DNA of 64,000 bases. It comes from Nitrospirota bacterium (GTDB lineage: Bacteria > Nitrospirota > Nitrospiria > 2-01-FULL-66-17). Positions 8,332 through 16,602 of the stretch are shown here, in pieces (position 1 is the stretch's first letter; every line of letters begins with the position of its first letter). The stretch covers positions 36,381-100,380 of the forward strand of contig JBFLXB010000002.1 of the NCBI GenBank assembly GCA_040757335.1, in the 5' to 3' direction. A program made the position numbers and the translations under genes. The notes under the pieces were generated by a model. It saw only the letters and a list, made by a program, of their open reading frames with translations, was not told the origin of the DNA and made no database searches.

Positions 8332-9723
8332 CTACTTGTCATTGAGCACGACGAACAGGCCTCGTTGCTCGCGGATGATGCGAAGCAGCACGCCGTCCTC
8401 GGGTTTGAGGCCTTCGCTGGTCTTGCGAAAGTCGCCGGAATCCGTGATCGCGTGTCGGTTGATCTCTTTGATCACGTCGCCTTCTTTGAGACCGCCGCTA
8501 TCCGCCAGGCTGTCGGCTTCCACCTTGGTGATAATGACCCCCTGGGTATCCTTCAGCTTAAGCCGATCCGCGGCTTCCTTGGAAATATCCTCGATGGTGA
8601 GGCCCAGAATCGACTCGGGCGTTTTAACCGGCACCACCTCGGGCGCGTCCGACTCCTCCTTGCGTTCGCTCAAGACCACGGACAGCTCACGCGGCTCCCC
8701 GTTCCGGAGGATTTTCAGGCTGGCCGCCTTCCCCGGGGTGAGGGCCGCGACCGCTTTGGCGAGACTGGTGGGAGTGTCGACCACCGCGTTGTCCACCTGC
8801 AGGATGATATCCCCTGGTTGGATTCCCGCCTTCTGGGCGGGTTCGCCGTCGAACACTTCGTTGACCAACACGCCTTCTTCCTTTTCGAGGTTGAATTGCG
8901 CCGCGAGCTCTTCGGTCACGGTTTGGATGCCCACCCCCAGCCAGCCGCGACTGACGCGGCCTTTGGCCACCAGTTGCGGGTAGATGTCCTGCACCATCTT
9001 GGAGGGAATGGCGAAACCAATGCCTTGGGCGAAGTTGATGATCGCGGTGTTGATGCCGATGACCTCTCCTTTGATATTGAAGAGCGGCCCGCCGCTGTTG
9101 CCGGGGTTGATGGACGCATCGGTCTGGATGAAGTCCTCGTAGCGGGAGAGGTTGACGTTTTCCCGCTTGAGCGCGCTGACCACGCCCACGGTGAGCGTGT
9201 GCTCCAACCCGAAGGGGTTGCCCACCGCGATCACCCACTGACCCACCTTGACCTGGCTCGAATCACCCAGGGGGACCGTGGGGAGGGGGGTCTTGGACTC
9301 GATCTTGACCACCGCCAGGTCCGTGTCGGGATCTCGGCCCACGACTTTCCCCGTGAATTTGCGTTTGTCGAGCAGGCGAACCTGGACCTCGTCGGCGTCG
9401 CCCACCACGTGATTGTTGGTGACGATGTAGCCGTCTTTGTCGATGATCACGCCCGATCCGCTGCTGGGTGAGTCGGGGCGCTGGCGGAACCGCTCGCTGC
9501 GCGGAGGCGGCGTGGCGCCGGTCGAGATGTTGACGACCGAGGGCTTCACGTGTTCGGCAAGGTCGACGAACACGTCCTGCAGTTCGGTCACGGCTTTCAG
9601 GCCCGAGGTTTCTTTGACTGCGGCGGCGGGCGGAACAGCGCCGACCAGTGTGGCCGCGAGGAAGAGCGCGACGAGTGCGGAAACGAATCCCGGAAAGGGG
9701 CGGTGAGCGGAACGAACGGTCAT
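8332..9723 (-). CDS. Periplasmic serine endoprotease DegP/HtrA (Do family) with two PDZ domains
   Basis: Signal peptide. Catalytic triad context TNNHVV, D (DLAVVKI), GNSGGPL. Two PDZ-like regions (GVLVNEV..GDIILQVDN; GVIITKV..GDVIKEINR). RBS AAGGAG is 7 nt upstream of the ATG. Confidence 0.9.
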   Translation of the reverse strand: MTVRSAHRPFPGFVSALVALFLAATLVGAVPPAAAVKETSGLKAVTELQDVFVDLAEHVKPSVVNISTGATPPPRSERFRQRPDSPSSGSGVIIDKDGYIVTNNHVVGDADEVQVRLLDKRKFTGKVVGRDPDTDLAVVKIESKTPLPTVPLGDSSQVKVGQWVIAVGNPFGLEHTLTVGVVSALKRENVNLSRYEDFIQTDASINPGNSGGPLFNIKGEVIGINTAIINFAQGIGFAIPSKMVQDIYPQLVAKGRVSRGWLGVGIQTVTEELAAQFNLEKEEGVLVNEVFDGEPAQKAGIQPGDIILQVDNAVVDTPTSLAKAVAALTPGKAASLKILRNGEPRELSVVLSERKEESDAPEVVPVKTPESILGLTIEDISKEAADRLKLKDTQGVIITKVEADSLADSGGLKEGDVIKEINRHAITDSGDFRKTSEGLKPEDGVLLRIIREQRGLFVVLNDK

Positions 9724-9754
9724 GGTGCGACTCCTTGTGTGCGTGACGGACGGG

Positions 9755-11593
9755 TCAGCGCTGCAACGCCTGCAGCAGCGATTCGTCGAGTCGGTGTTGG
9801 TGGAAATATTCGCGCTCCAATTCTTCGAGATCGTATCGATCCACGCCGCTCGACGCGAAAAACGCGTCTCGTCGCCCGTCCGATCCCTCGGGCGAAGCCA
9901 CGAGCGTGGGCAGGACTTCGTAAAAGTAGACCGCCTCCCGGTGCAGATCGCGGATCACTTTGCGGAACGTGGCTTCGGGGATAGGCGCCGTGATGACGCC
10001 CTTGTTCAGCAACTCCTGCGAGAGCTGATCCCGCAAATGCGTCATCGCTTCGGCCTGGGGTTCCTTGATGAATTGTTTGAGGAACCGCTTGAGGTGTTTG
10101 TGAACCTGGCGGTAGCCTTGGGCGTCCAGATTGACCTGACGAACCTGATTGGCCACCTCCTGCAGGGTCAGCCGCCCCTCGTCGATTTCCTTTAACCCCT
10201 GGAACACGATGAAGATTTTCCGGCGACCGAAATCCGTGAGGTACCGATCCTTGACGATCGAGTCGATGAACAGTTCCTTGAAAAGCTTCGGCGCCAGATC
10301 GTCGAAGATCTTTTTGTTGGCGTGAATGGTCTTCAGCACGGAATCAGTGGTCTGATCATCGTCCATAAAGACCATTTGATTCAAGTAGGTGTAGGTCGCG
10401 TCGAACCGGTCGAAGCACGTGACGATGAGGCTGAAGCGCTCCAGGATCCCGGAATCCCCGGTTTGCGAGGCGTATTCGTCGCAGCTCTTGCCCACGTCCA
10501 GCAACAGGGCGTCGAACGCGAAGTCGCGCCGCTCGATGGCCTGTCGCTTGGCGCGCAGCAGCGTGGCCAGTTCCTCCTTGAGCACCGAGCCGTCGCTGGA
10601 CTGGCGTTGCAGGAACATGCTGTCGAGGAGGCTCCGCGCGGCCGCGAGGTGCTCCGGTTCTTCGAAGCGCTCGGCCGCTTTGTCCTTGAGGAAGATACCG
10701 TCCAAAGTGTGAAACACTTCCAGCGGAATCGCGTGGCGCACCGAGAGCGTGCGCAAACGGTTGAGCTTGGCGAGAATCGCCTGGGTGGAGCTGGGATCGA
10801 TGAGCATCTCGGCCAACAGGTCTTTATATTCATCGATCAACCGCTTGTTGTCCGGGTGTTGATAGACCACGTCGATCTGCATGCGGGTCTGCTGGTAGAG
10901 ATCGATGGTGTGTTGCTGCGCGATCTCTTCCAGCCGCCGTGAGACCGGTTCGTCGTTCTGCGTGTGGGCGGCGTAGACGTGTTGGAACGAGTGGTAATAG
11001 GTCGTGTGCCCGCGGTGCGTCAGCTTGAAGAGGTACAGAATCGCCCGAGGCTCCTTGAGCGCCTCGTAGAGTTGGTGGACCATCTGCACGTCGTCCTGGA
11101 TCGACACCAGCGCCGAGTGTTTGACGACGCGGCCGATCCGCCGCAACAGGAATTCCTGCTGTTTGTGAAGCGGCTGCTGCTCGGGGAGATGGACGAAGAA
11201 ATAATAATTGCACACCGCGTTGCCGCTGCGGAACACTTCCTCGAAGGTCTCGCGGCCCTCGGTTTGGTCCGTGAATCGGATCGACTGGCCGGTAGGATCG
11301 AGAATGGCGCCGTTGAGCACCAGGCGATTGACGACTTCTTTCTTGACCAGGTCCTTGAGCGGGAGGTTGACCCCGAACATGTACCGGCAGAAGCTTCCGC
11401 CGTTGCCTTTGTACCGGATGCCGTCGTGTCCGATGAGAAATTCGTTGCCTGCCGCGAAGAATCGGATCGTCCCGGGTTTCCCGTCGGGCGACGGCTCGTA
11501 GAAAAACTGGTGCCCGACCGAGCGGCCGGCGATCGTGGCGAAATACTCAATCTCCGGGTTGACCTGTCCGTGAAGGCGGATGTCTTCGATCAT
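9755..11593 (-). CDS. Hypothetical protein, 612 aa, no family recognised
   Basis: Long uninterrupted ORF with protein-like composition (mixed charged/hydrophobic, no low-complexity bias), unlike the antisense Arg/Gly-rich ORFs that overlap it. Cytoplasmic-looking (no TM or signal peptide). Confidence 0.5.
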   Translation of the reverse strand: MIEDIRLHGQVNPEIEYFATIAGRSVGHQFFYEPSPDGKPGTIRFFAAGNEFLIGHDGIRYKGNGGSFCRYMFGVNLPLKDLVKKEVVNRLVLNGAILDPTGQSIRFTDQTEGRETFEEVFRSGNAVCNYYFFVHLPEQQPLHKQQEFLLRRIGRVVKHSALVSIQDDVQMVHQLYEALKEPRAILYLFKLTHRGHTTYYHSFQHVYAAHTQNDEPVSRRLEEIAQQHTIDLYQQTRMQIDVVYQHPDNKRLIDEYKDLLAEMLIDPSSTQAILAKLNRLRTLSVRHAIPLEVFHTLDGIFLKDKAAERFEEPEHLAAARSLLDSMFLQRQSSDGSVLKEELATLLRAKRQAIERRDFAFDALLLDVGKSCDEYASQTGDSGILERFSLIVTCFDRFDATYTYLNQMVFMDDDQTTDSVLKTIHANKKIFDDLAPKLFKELFIDSIVKDRYLTDFGRRKIFIVFQGLKEIDEGRLTLQEVANQVRQVNLDAQGYRQVHKHLKRFLKQFIKEPQAEAMTHLRDQLSQELLNKGVITAPIPEATFRKVIRDLHREAVYFYEVLPTLVASPEGSDGRRDAFFASSGVDRYDLEELEREYFHQHRLDESLLQALQR

Positions 11594-11887
11594 TCGGGCA
11601 TCAGCTCAATGCGAGTCCGGCGGCATCGTGGAACCGTGGTAAGACGCACGCCACATTATAGCAAATTCGACGGGTGAGCAATGTTGAACACCCGAGCGGT
11701 GCACGCACGGAGCGGCGCACGCCACCGGATGTTTCTTGACAGCATTTTCCGACGTCTGTTACGGTAAACCGTTGCGCTATGTTGCGATCCGACACGCCGA
11801 GAGTGCTTGTTCCGGGGGACGGGACGCCCGTCGCGGTCCGTGTTTGACGACCGAGCCTCCCTGACGGTGGACCGCTCGGGCCCGCCG

Positions 11888-12703
11888 ATGGTCGAACTCC
11901 GCGGCATCCAGTGCGCCTACGACGACAAGGTCGTGTTCGAGGGAGTCGATCTGGCGATTCCCCGCGGCATGTACACGGGTATCGTCGGCCCCAGCGGGTC
12001 GGGGAAGACCACCTTGCTGAAGGTGATCCTGGGCATCGTCAACGTCACCTCCGGCGACGTGCGGGTCTCGGGCGTTCGGATCAACGGCTCCACCAGCCGC
12101 GGCGTCGGGTACGTTCCCCAGATCGAGACCGTCAACTGGAACTTCCCGGTGACGGTCGAGCAGGTCGTGCTCATGGGGAGGCAACGCGAAATGGGTTGGC
12201 TCCCGTGGCCGAGCCGTGAGGACCGCCGGGTGGCGCTCGACCTGCTGGAGCATTTGGGAATCCGGCAATACGCGCAGCGCCAGATCCGCGCGCTGTCCGG
12301 CGGGGAGCAGCAGCGGGTGTTCCTGGCCCGGGCGCTGATCAGCCGACCGCAGGTGTTGATCTTAGATGAGCCCACCTCGGGCGTTGATCTCAAGACCCAA
12401 CACCACATCCTTCACCTGCTGTCGCAACTGAACCGCGAGGGAATTACCATCATTCTCACCACGCACGATCTCAACAGCGTGGCGCGCCACCTGCCGTGGG
12501 TCATTTGTTTCAATCGTTCGCTCGTGGCGCAGGGCGATCCGCAAGAGGTATTCACGTCCGAGATCCTGAGCCGGACGTACAACTCGGAGATGGTGGTGGT
12601 CAGGCAGAACGGGCTTCTACTCATCGCCGACAGCCCCAACGCGGGCGCGCACTACGCGCCGCGCAAGGTCGGCGGGGAGGACGGCGATCGAGACCCTGTT
12701 TGA
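11888..12703 (+). CDS. Metal (Zn/Mn)-type ABC importer ATP-binding protein (ZnuC/MntB/TroB-like)
   Basis: Walker A GPSGSGKTT, ABC signature LSGGEQQRV, Walker B ILDEPTSGVD, H-loop TTHDL. Start at MVELRGIQCAYDD. C-terminal tail ..GAHYAPRKV resembles the His-rich tails of ZnuC/TroB. Confidence 0.8.
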   Translation: MVELRGIQCAYDDKVVFEGVDLAIPRGMYTGIVGPSGSGKTTLLKVILGIVNVTSGDVRVSGVRINGSTSRGVGYVPQIETVNWNFPVTVEQVVLMGRQREMGWLPWPSREDRRVALDLLEHLGIRQYAQRQIRALSGGEQQRVFLARALISRPQVLILDEPTSGVDLKTQHHILHLLSQLNREGITIILTTHDLNSVARHLPWVICFNRSLVAQGDPQEVFTSEILSRTYNSEMVVVRQNGLLLIADSPNAGAHYAPRKVGGEDGDRDPV

Positions 12704-12737
12704 ACCCCTGCAGTACGAATTCTTCCGCAACGGGCTG

Positions 12738-13904
12738 TTGGCCGCGGCGATGACGGGCGCGATCTGCGGGTTGATCGGCGTCTACATCGTGCTCCGGAAC
12801 ATGAGCTACATCGGACACGGGCTGTCGCACTCCGTGTTCGGAGGCGCGGTGGTCAGTTACGTGATGAACTGGAACTTTTACCTCGGCGCCGGGCTGTGGG
12901 GATTTCTATCCGCGCTCCTCATCAACTCGGTGGCCAAACGCAAAAAGATCGGAGCCGATGCCGTGATCGGGATCGTCACCACCGCCAGTTTCGCGGTGGG
13001 GGTGGTGTTGATCAGCCGGGTGCGAAAGTTCACCCGCAACTTCGAGGCCGCGTTGTTCGGCAACATCCTCGGCGTCACCGTCGAGGACCTGATCGTAATC
13101 GCGGGCGTCTCCCTTCTGTCGGCGTTGGTGATTTTTGTGCTCTACAAACAGCTCCTGTTCACGACGTTCGACCCCGAGGTCGCGCGGGTGTACGGCGTCC
13201 CGGTGGAGTGGGTGGACACCGCGTTCGCCCTGGTGCTGGCCGCGACGATCGTGGTGTCGATGCAGGTGCTGGGCGTCATGTTGATCGTGGCGGCGATCGT
13301 GATTCCCGCGGCGACCGCGCGGCTCCTGACCCATAGTTTCCATCGGCTGGTGTTTTATTCGGTGGGGATCGGGGTCCTGTGCGGGGTGGGCGGCATGTAC
13401 CTGAGCTTTACCTCCAACGCCTCTTCGGGAGCCACGATCGTGCTCTTCGCCGCAGTGGTGTTCGCGCTGGCACTCGGGTATGACTCGTTTCGCCGAACCA
13501 CGGTGCGTCCCCTGCCGGCCTCACCGGTGGCGGCGGTCCGCCACCAGCATTCGCACCAGCACGGAGACATCCTCCACCAACACGAGCACGAGACAAAACT
13601 TGATCTGGAGCACAGCCACCACCCGGGCGCCGAAGACGCGCAAATCGTGGCCCGGCCGCCGGCTGCGGACGTTCCGCTTAGGGGGCCGAACGGCACCAAC
13701 CGGCTGCACCTGGTCATCGACGGCATGACGTGCGCGTATTGCGTCCGGGCCGTGGAACGGGCCATCGGCCGCGTTGACGGCGTCACGGCCGTGCAGGTGG
13801 ATCTCCCGTCGCGGTCGGTGGATGTCACGGTGGACGGCCCTGCCGGGGCTACGGAGCGGGTGCGCGAAGCCATTCGCCTGGCCGGCTACCAGCCTCGCGG
13901 CTAG
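12738..13904 (+). CDS. ABC-3 family metal permease (ZnuB/MntC-like) fused to a His-rich linker and a C-terminal heavy-metal-associated (HMA) domain; start uncertain (see finding at 12684-12740)
   Basis: Multi-TM ABC-3 core (MSYIGHGLSHSVFGG, AALFGNILGVT). The His-rich stretch RHQHSHQHGDILHQHEHETKLDLEHSHH is followed by a ferredoxin-like HMA fold with GMTCAYC (MxCxxC). The conserved ZnuB N-terminal peptide ETLFEPLQYEFF is encoded in-frame upstream of the first canonical start (TTG 12738). Confidence 0.75.
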   Translation: MAAAMTGAICGLIGVYIVLRNMSYIGHGLSHSVFGGAVVSYVMNWNFYLGAGLWGFLSALLINSVAKRKKIGADAVIGIVTTASFAVGVVLISRVRKFTRNFEAALFGNILGVTVEDLIVIAGVSLLSALVIFVLYKQLLFTTFDPEVARVYGVPVEWVDTAFALVLAATIVVSMQVLGVMLIVAAIVIPAATARLLTHSFHRLVFYSVGIGVLCGVGGMYLSFTSNASSGATIVLFAAVVFALALGYDSFRRTTVRPLPASPVAAVRHQHSHQHGDILHQHEHETKLDLEHSHHPGAEDAQIVARPPAADVPLRGPNGTNRLHLVIDGMTCAYCVRAVERAIGRVDGVTAVQVDLPSRSVDVTVDGPAGATERVREAIRLAGYQPRG

Positions 13905-13914
13905 CCATTTACTG

Positions 13915-13931
13915 CGCCTGTGGGCGGCGCG
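13915..13931 (+). terminator. Weak GC hairpin after the permease stop (GCGCC-tgtgggc-GGCGC) followed by a T-containing tract
   Basis: Short 5-bp stem, gtgtatctcttt downstream. Low confidence. Confidence 0.25.
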
Positions 13932-14439
13932 TGTATCTCTTTGACCTACTCACAGATCATTTCACTCAGCTTTCATATGCGCTTGATATAGCTGAAACAT
14001 TCAACCTCTACACTATTGCCGACCAACCTTGTCATGGGCGGGTGGGTTCTCGATCTTCCGGAGCCGAGTGAGCTCTGATCGCGGGACGTGGTTGGCGAAT
14101 GATCTCTGTCGGAACCTCTGCAAGGCCAGTGCTGCTGCGGGTTGATACGGATAGACGTTGCATTGTTGTTCAGGGTTCGGATATTATTTGGCCCATCTAG
14201 GTTGTAACTGTCCGGCGATCCACGCATGGCGTCTGGCCGCCCCTTTCTGGCGGACGTCGGTGGTGACTCCGTATCAACCATCGGAATAAAGGCGGAACGC
14301 GTCAGGTCTGACGTGTAAACCTCGGAGGAGTAGTTTCTGTGAACTCCGGCGTGCGTTCCGACCGTAGCGACATATTTGAACACTCCGTGCTTGTCGGGTC
14401 CCTAAGTGAACGGGCTCCCGGGGGAAGGTCATCGGTAGC

Positions 14440-15036
14440 GTGAAGCGTCGGTTCCTCTGGGCCAACTGTGTGGTCGCGCTCTGGCTGGGTGCCTGCGCGT
14501 CCAGTCCTGCGCCGGCGCCCGCGCCGAAGGAATCGCGGGTACCGCTTCCGAGCTCGGAGTATCGGATCGGTCCGGAGGACGTGCTGGAAATCGTGGTGTG
14601 GAAGAACGCTGATTTGTCCAAGACCGTGTCGGTGCGCCCCGACGGGATGATCACGCTTCCGTTGATCGGGGAGCTGCGCGCGGGGGGCCTGACCGCGGAT
14701 GAGGTGCGGACCGAGATCAAGAGCCGCCTGGAACGGTACAAAGAGACCCCAGAGGTATCCGTGACCGTCGCGGATATCCGAAGCTACAACCTGTTCATTC
14801 TTGGCGAGGTCCGGACCCCGGGCCGTTATCAAGTCAAGACCTCCACCACCCTGCTACAAGCGCTGGCATTAGCCGGCGGGTTTACGGAGTTCGCCGATAC
14901 CGACGGCATCGTGGTCGTGCGGCGGGATACACGGGAAGCGGTCTCGAAAGAGCAGCGGATCAGGGTCCGATATCGGGATTTGGTCCAGCGGGGGGACGTG
15001 GCGTTGTCTCCCGGCGATACCGTCATCGTTCCGTAG
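14440..15036 (+). CDS. Polysaccharide export outer-membrane lipoprotein, short Wza/EpsA-like (SLBB domain)
   Basis: GTG start preceded by GGGGAAGG. Lipobox WLGAC. YRIGPEDVLEIVVW..ITLPLIGEL..GLT..E typical of Poly_export/SLBB proteins. About 198 aa, like EpsA of PEP-CTERM loci. Confidence 0.8.
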   Translation: MKRRFLWANCVVALWLGACASSPAPAPAPKESRVPLPSSEYRIGPEDVLEIVVWKNADLSKTVSVRPDGMITLPLIGELRAGGLTADEVRTEIKSRLERYKETPEVSVTVADIRSYNLFILGEVRTPGRYQVKTSTTLLQALALAGGFTEFADTDGIVVVRRDTREAVSKEQRIRVRYRDLVQRGDVALSPGDTVIVP

Positions 15037-15045
15037 CAGGGCGAT

Positions 15046-16602
15046 ATGGCACAATCCAGCACACGCGACGGAGTCGATCACTACCTGGAGGTTTTCAGCC
15101 GGAGACGCTGGTGGGTCATCATTCCGGCGATCGTCATCGCGACGCTCACGGTCCCCATCGTGATGTGGCTGCCGGCCACCTACCGATCCACCACGCTGAT
15201 CACGGTCGAAGCGCAAAAAGTGCCGGAAGAGTTTGTGCGTTCGACCGTCACGATCCCGATCGAAGAGCGCCTCCAAGCCATCAGCCAACAGATTCTCAGC
15301 CGAACTCGCCTCGAACGGGTCATCGAGAAATACGGCTTGTACCGAGAGGACAGACAACGCGGGTGGGGATGGCTCACCACGTGGTTCGGACGAAGCGAAG
15401 ATCGAGAACAAGCGGCCCGTCCGGGCAGTCCCCAGATGCTCGACCTTGTGGTGCTCATGAAGAGCAACATTGAAATTGAGGTTCCACGGGCGCGTGATCG
15501 CGGTAACACGATTTCGATCTCGTTCAGCGGCGAATCGCCCCAGACCGTCCAGGCCGTGACGAACGAACTCGCATCGCTGTTTATTGAAGAGAACCTGAAG
15601 GCCCGTGAGGCCCAGGCGGAAGGCACCACCGAATTCCTCGAAACCGAGCTTCAGCAGACGAAGGTGCAGCTGGAGACCCACGAGCAGCACTTGCGCGCGT
15701 TCAAAGAGCGCTCGATGGGCGAGTTGCCGGATCAGCTGGACGCCAACCTGCGGACCCTCGACCGACTCCAGTTGGAACGACAGGTCCTGCAGCAAAGCTT
15801 GAAGAGCGCGGAGGACCGCTACGCGGATCTAAGCCGGCAGGTTCTTGCGGCATCGTCAGCCTCAGAGGAGGCTACGCCGTCCGATCTGGCGCGACGGCTT
15901 CAGACGTTACGCACTCGTCTTGCGGACCTGCGGACCGAATACCGGGACGAGTATCCGGACATCATTCTGCTCAAGAAGGAAATTGCCTCGGTGGAAACCG
16001 AACTCGCCTCGCAGGGGTCACGGGAGGCACAAGAAGTGACTTCGGCTTCGGCTGCCGGTCAACTTCCGGCCGGGAATCCGCTCGCGATGCAGCTGGCCGA
16101 CCAGCAGCGGGAAATCAACGCACTCAGACTTCGTCAGCAGACGGTCTTGGAACAGATCCGCGAGTATGAGCGGCGGGTCGAGAATACCCCGGTCCGCGAA
16201 CAACAGTTGGCCGCGATCCTCCGCGACTACGAGAACGTTCAGCGCAGCTACCAGAGTCTGCTCGCGAAACGTCAGGATGCCAAGATCTCCGAGAGTCTGG
16301 AGCGAAGGCAAAAGGCCGAATTTTTCCGCATCCTCGACCCGGCGAATCTGCCGTCTCGCCCCGATAAACCCAACCGTCCGCTCTTGATGCTGTTGGGGAT
16401 TTTCGGGGGACTTGCGGCCGGCTTGGGTCTCGCCTATTTCCGCGAGCAGCTTGATCCCTCGATTCAAAGCGAGGAGGACCTGGTCGCGGCGACCACCGGT
16501 CTTCCGCTCCTCGCGGTCATTCCGGTCATCCCCGCTTCGGTCAAGAAGAAATCGCGCTCTGAATCGTCGCCGACGGTCCACGTGGGCTCCGGGAAACCAT
16601 GA
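15046..16602 (+). CDS. Polysaccharide chain-length determinant protein (Wzz/GumC family; PEP-CTERM-locus EpsF-like)
   Basis: N-terminal TM (WWVIIPAIVIATLTV), long periplasmic coiled-coil region, second TM near the C-terminus (LLMLLGIFGGLAAGLGLAYF). Classic PCP-2a N-terminal architecture without the kinase. Confidence 0.8.
   Translation: MAQSSTRDGVDHYLEVFSRRRWWVIIPAIVIATLTVPIVMWLPATYRSTTLITVEAQKVPEEFVRSTVTIPIEERLQAISQQILSRTRLERVIEKYGLYREDRQRGWGWLTTWFGRSEDREQAARPGSPQMLDLVVLMKSNIEIEVPRARDRGNTISISFSGESPQTVQAVTNELASLFIEENLKAREAQAEGTTEFLETELQQTKVQLETHEQHLRAFKERSMGELPDQLDANLRTLDRLQLERQVLQQSLKSAEDRYADLSRQVLAASSASEEATPSDLARRLQTLRTRLADLRTEYRDEYPDIILLKKEIASVETELASQGSREAQEVTSASAAGQLPAGNPLAMQLADQQREINALRLRQQTVLEQIREYERRVENTPVREQQLAAILRDYENVQRSYQSLLAKRQDAKISESLERRQKAEFFRILDPANLPSRPDKPNRPLLMLLGIFGGLAAGLGLAYFREQLDPSIQSEEDLVAATTGLPLLAVIPVIPASVKKKSRSESSPTVHVGSGKP

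Noticed and set aside
8260-9471. 403-aa plus-strand ORF (and 8336-8983 +, 8687-9238 -)
   Set aside because: Antisense to or out of frame with htrA, which has the full His/Asp/Ser triad and PDZ domains. Translations are low-complexity.
9722-11677. Plus-strand ORFs 9722-10195, 10322-10942, 10964-11677 and nested minus-strand ORFs 10381-10833, 10830-11213, 11020-11550
   Set aside because: All lie within or antisense to the single 612-aa ORF 9755-11593, which has far more protein-like composition. The alternatives are Arg/Ala/Ser-rich.
11807-11887. N-terminal 27-codon extension of the ABC ATPase ORF
   Set aside because: Conserved ABC N-terminus begins at MVELRGIQ. The upstream residues (MFRGTGRPSRSVFDDRASLTVDRSGPP) look non-coding.
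13905-14439. Possible sigma-54 (-24/-12) promoter in the EPS leader, expected by analogy with PrsK/PrsR-regulated PEP-CTERM loci
   Set aside because: I could not find a convincing TGGCAC-N5-TTGC match by eye (TGGCCCATCTAGGTTG does not fit the GG-N10-GC spacing). Not reported as a feature.
13973-14832. Minus-strand ORFs 13973-14383, 14274-14741, 14302-14832 in the EPS leader / antisense to the EpsA-like gene
   Set aside because: Low-complexity Ser/Arg/Pro-rich translations. The region is better explained as a non-coding leader plus the plus-strand lipoprotein gene with its lipobox and SLBB motifs.
14869-15795. 308-aa minus-strand ORF
   Set aside because: Antisense to the Wzz-like chain-length determinant gene. 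No motifs.
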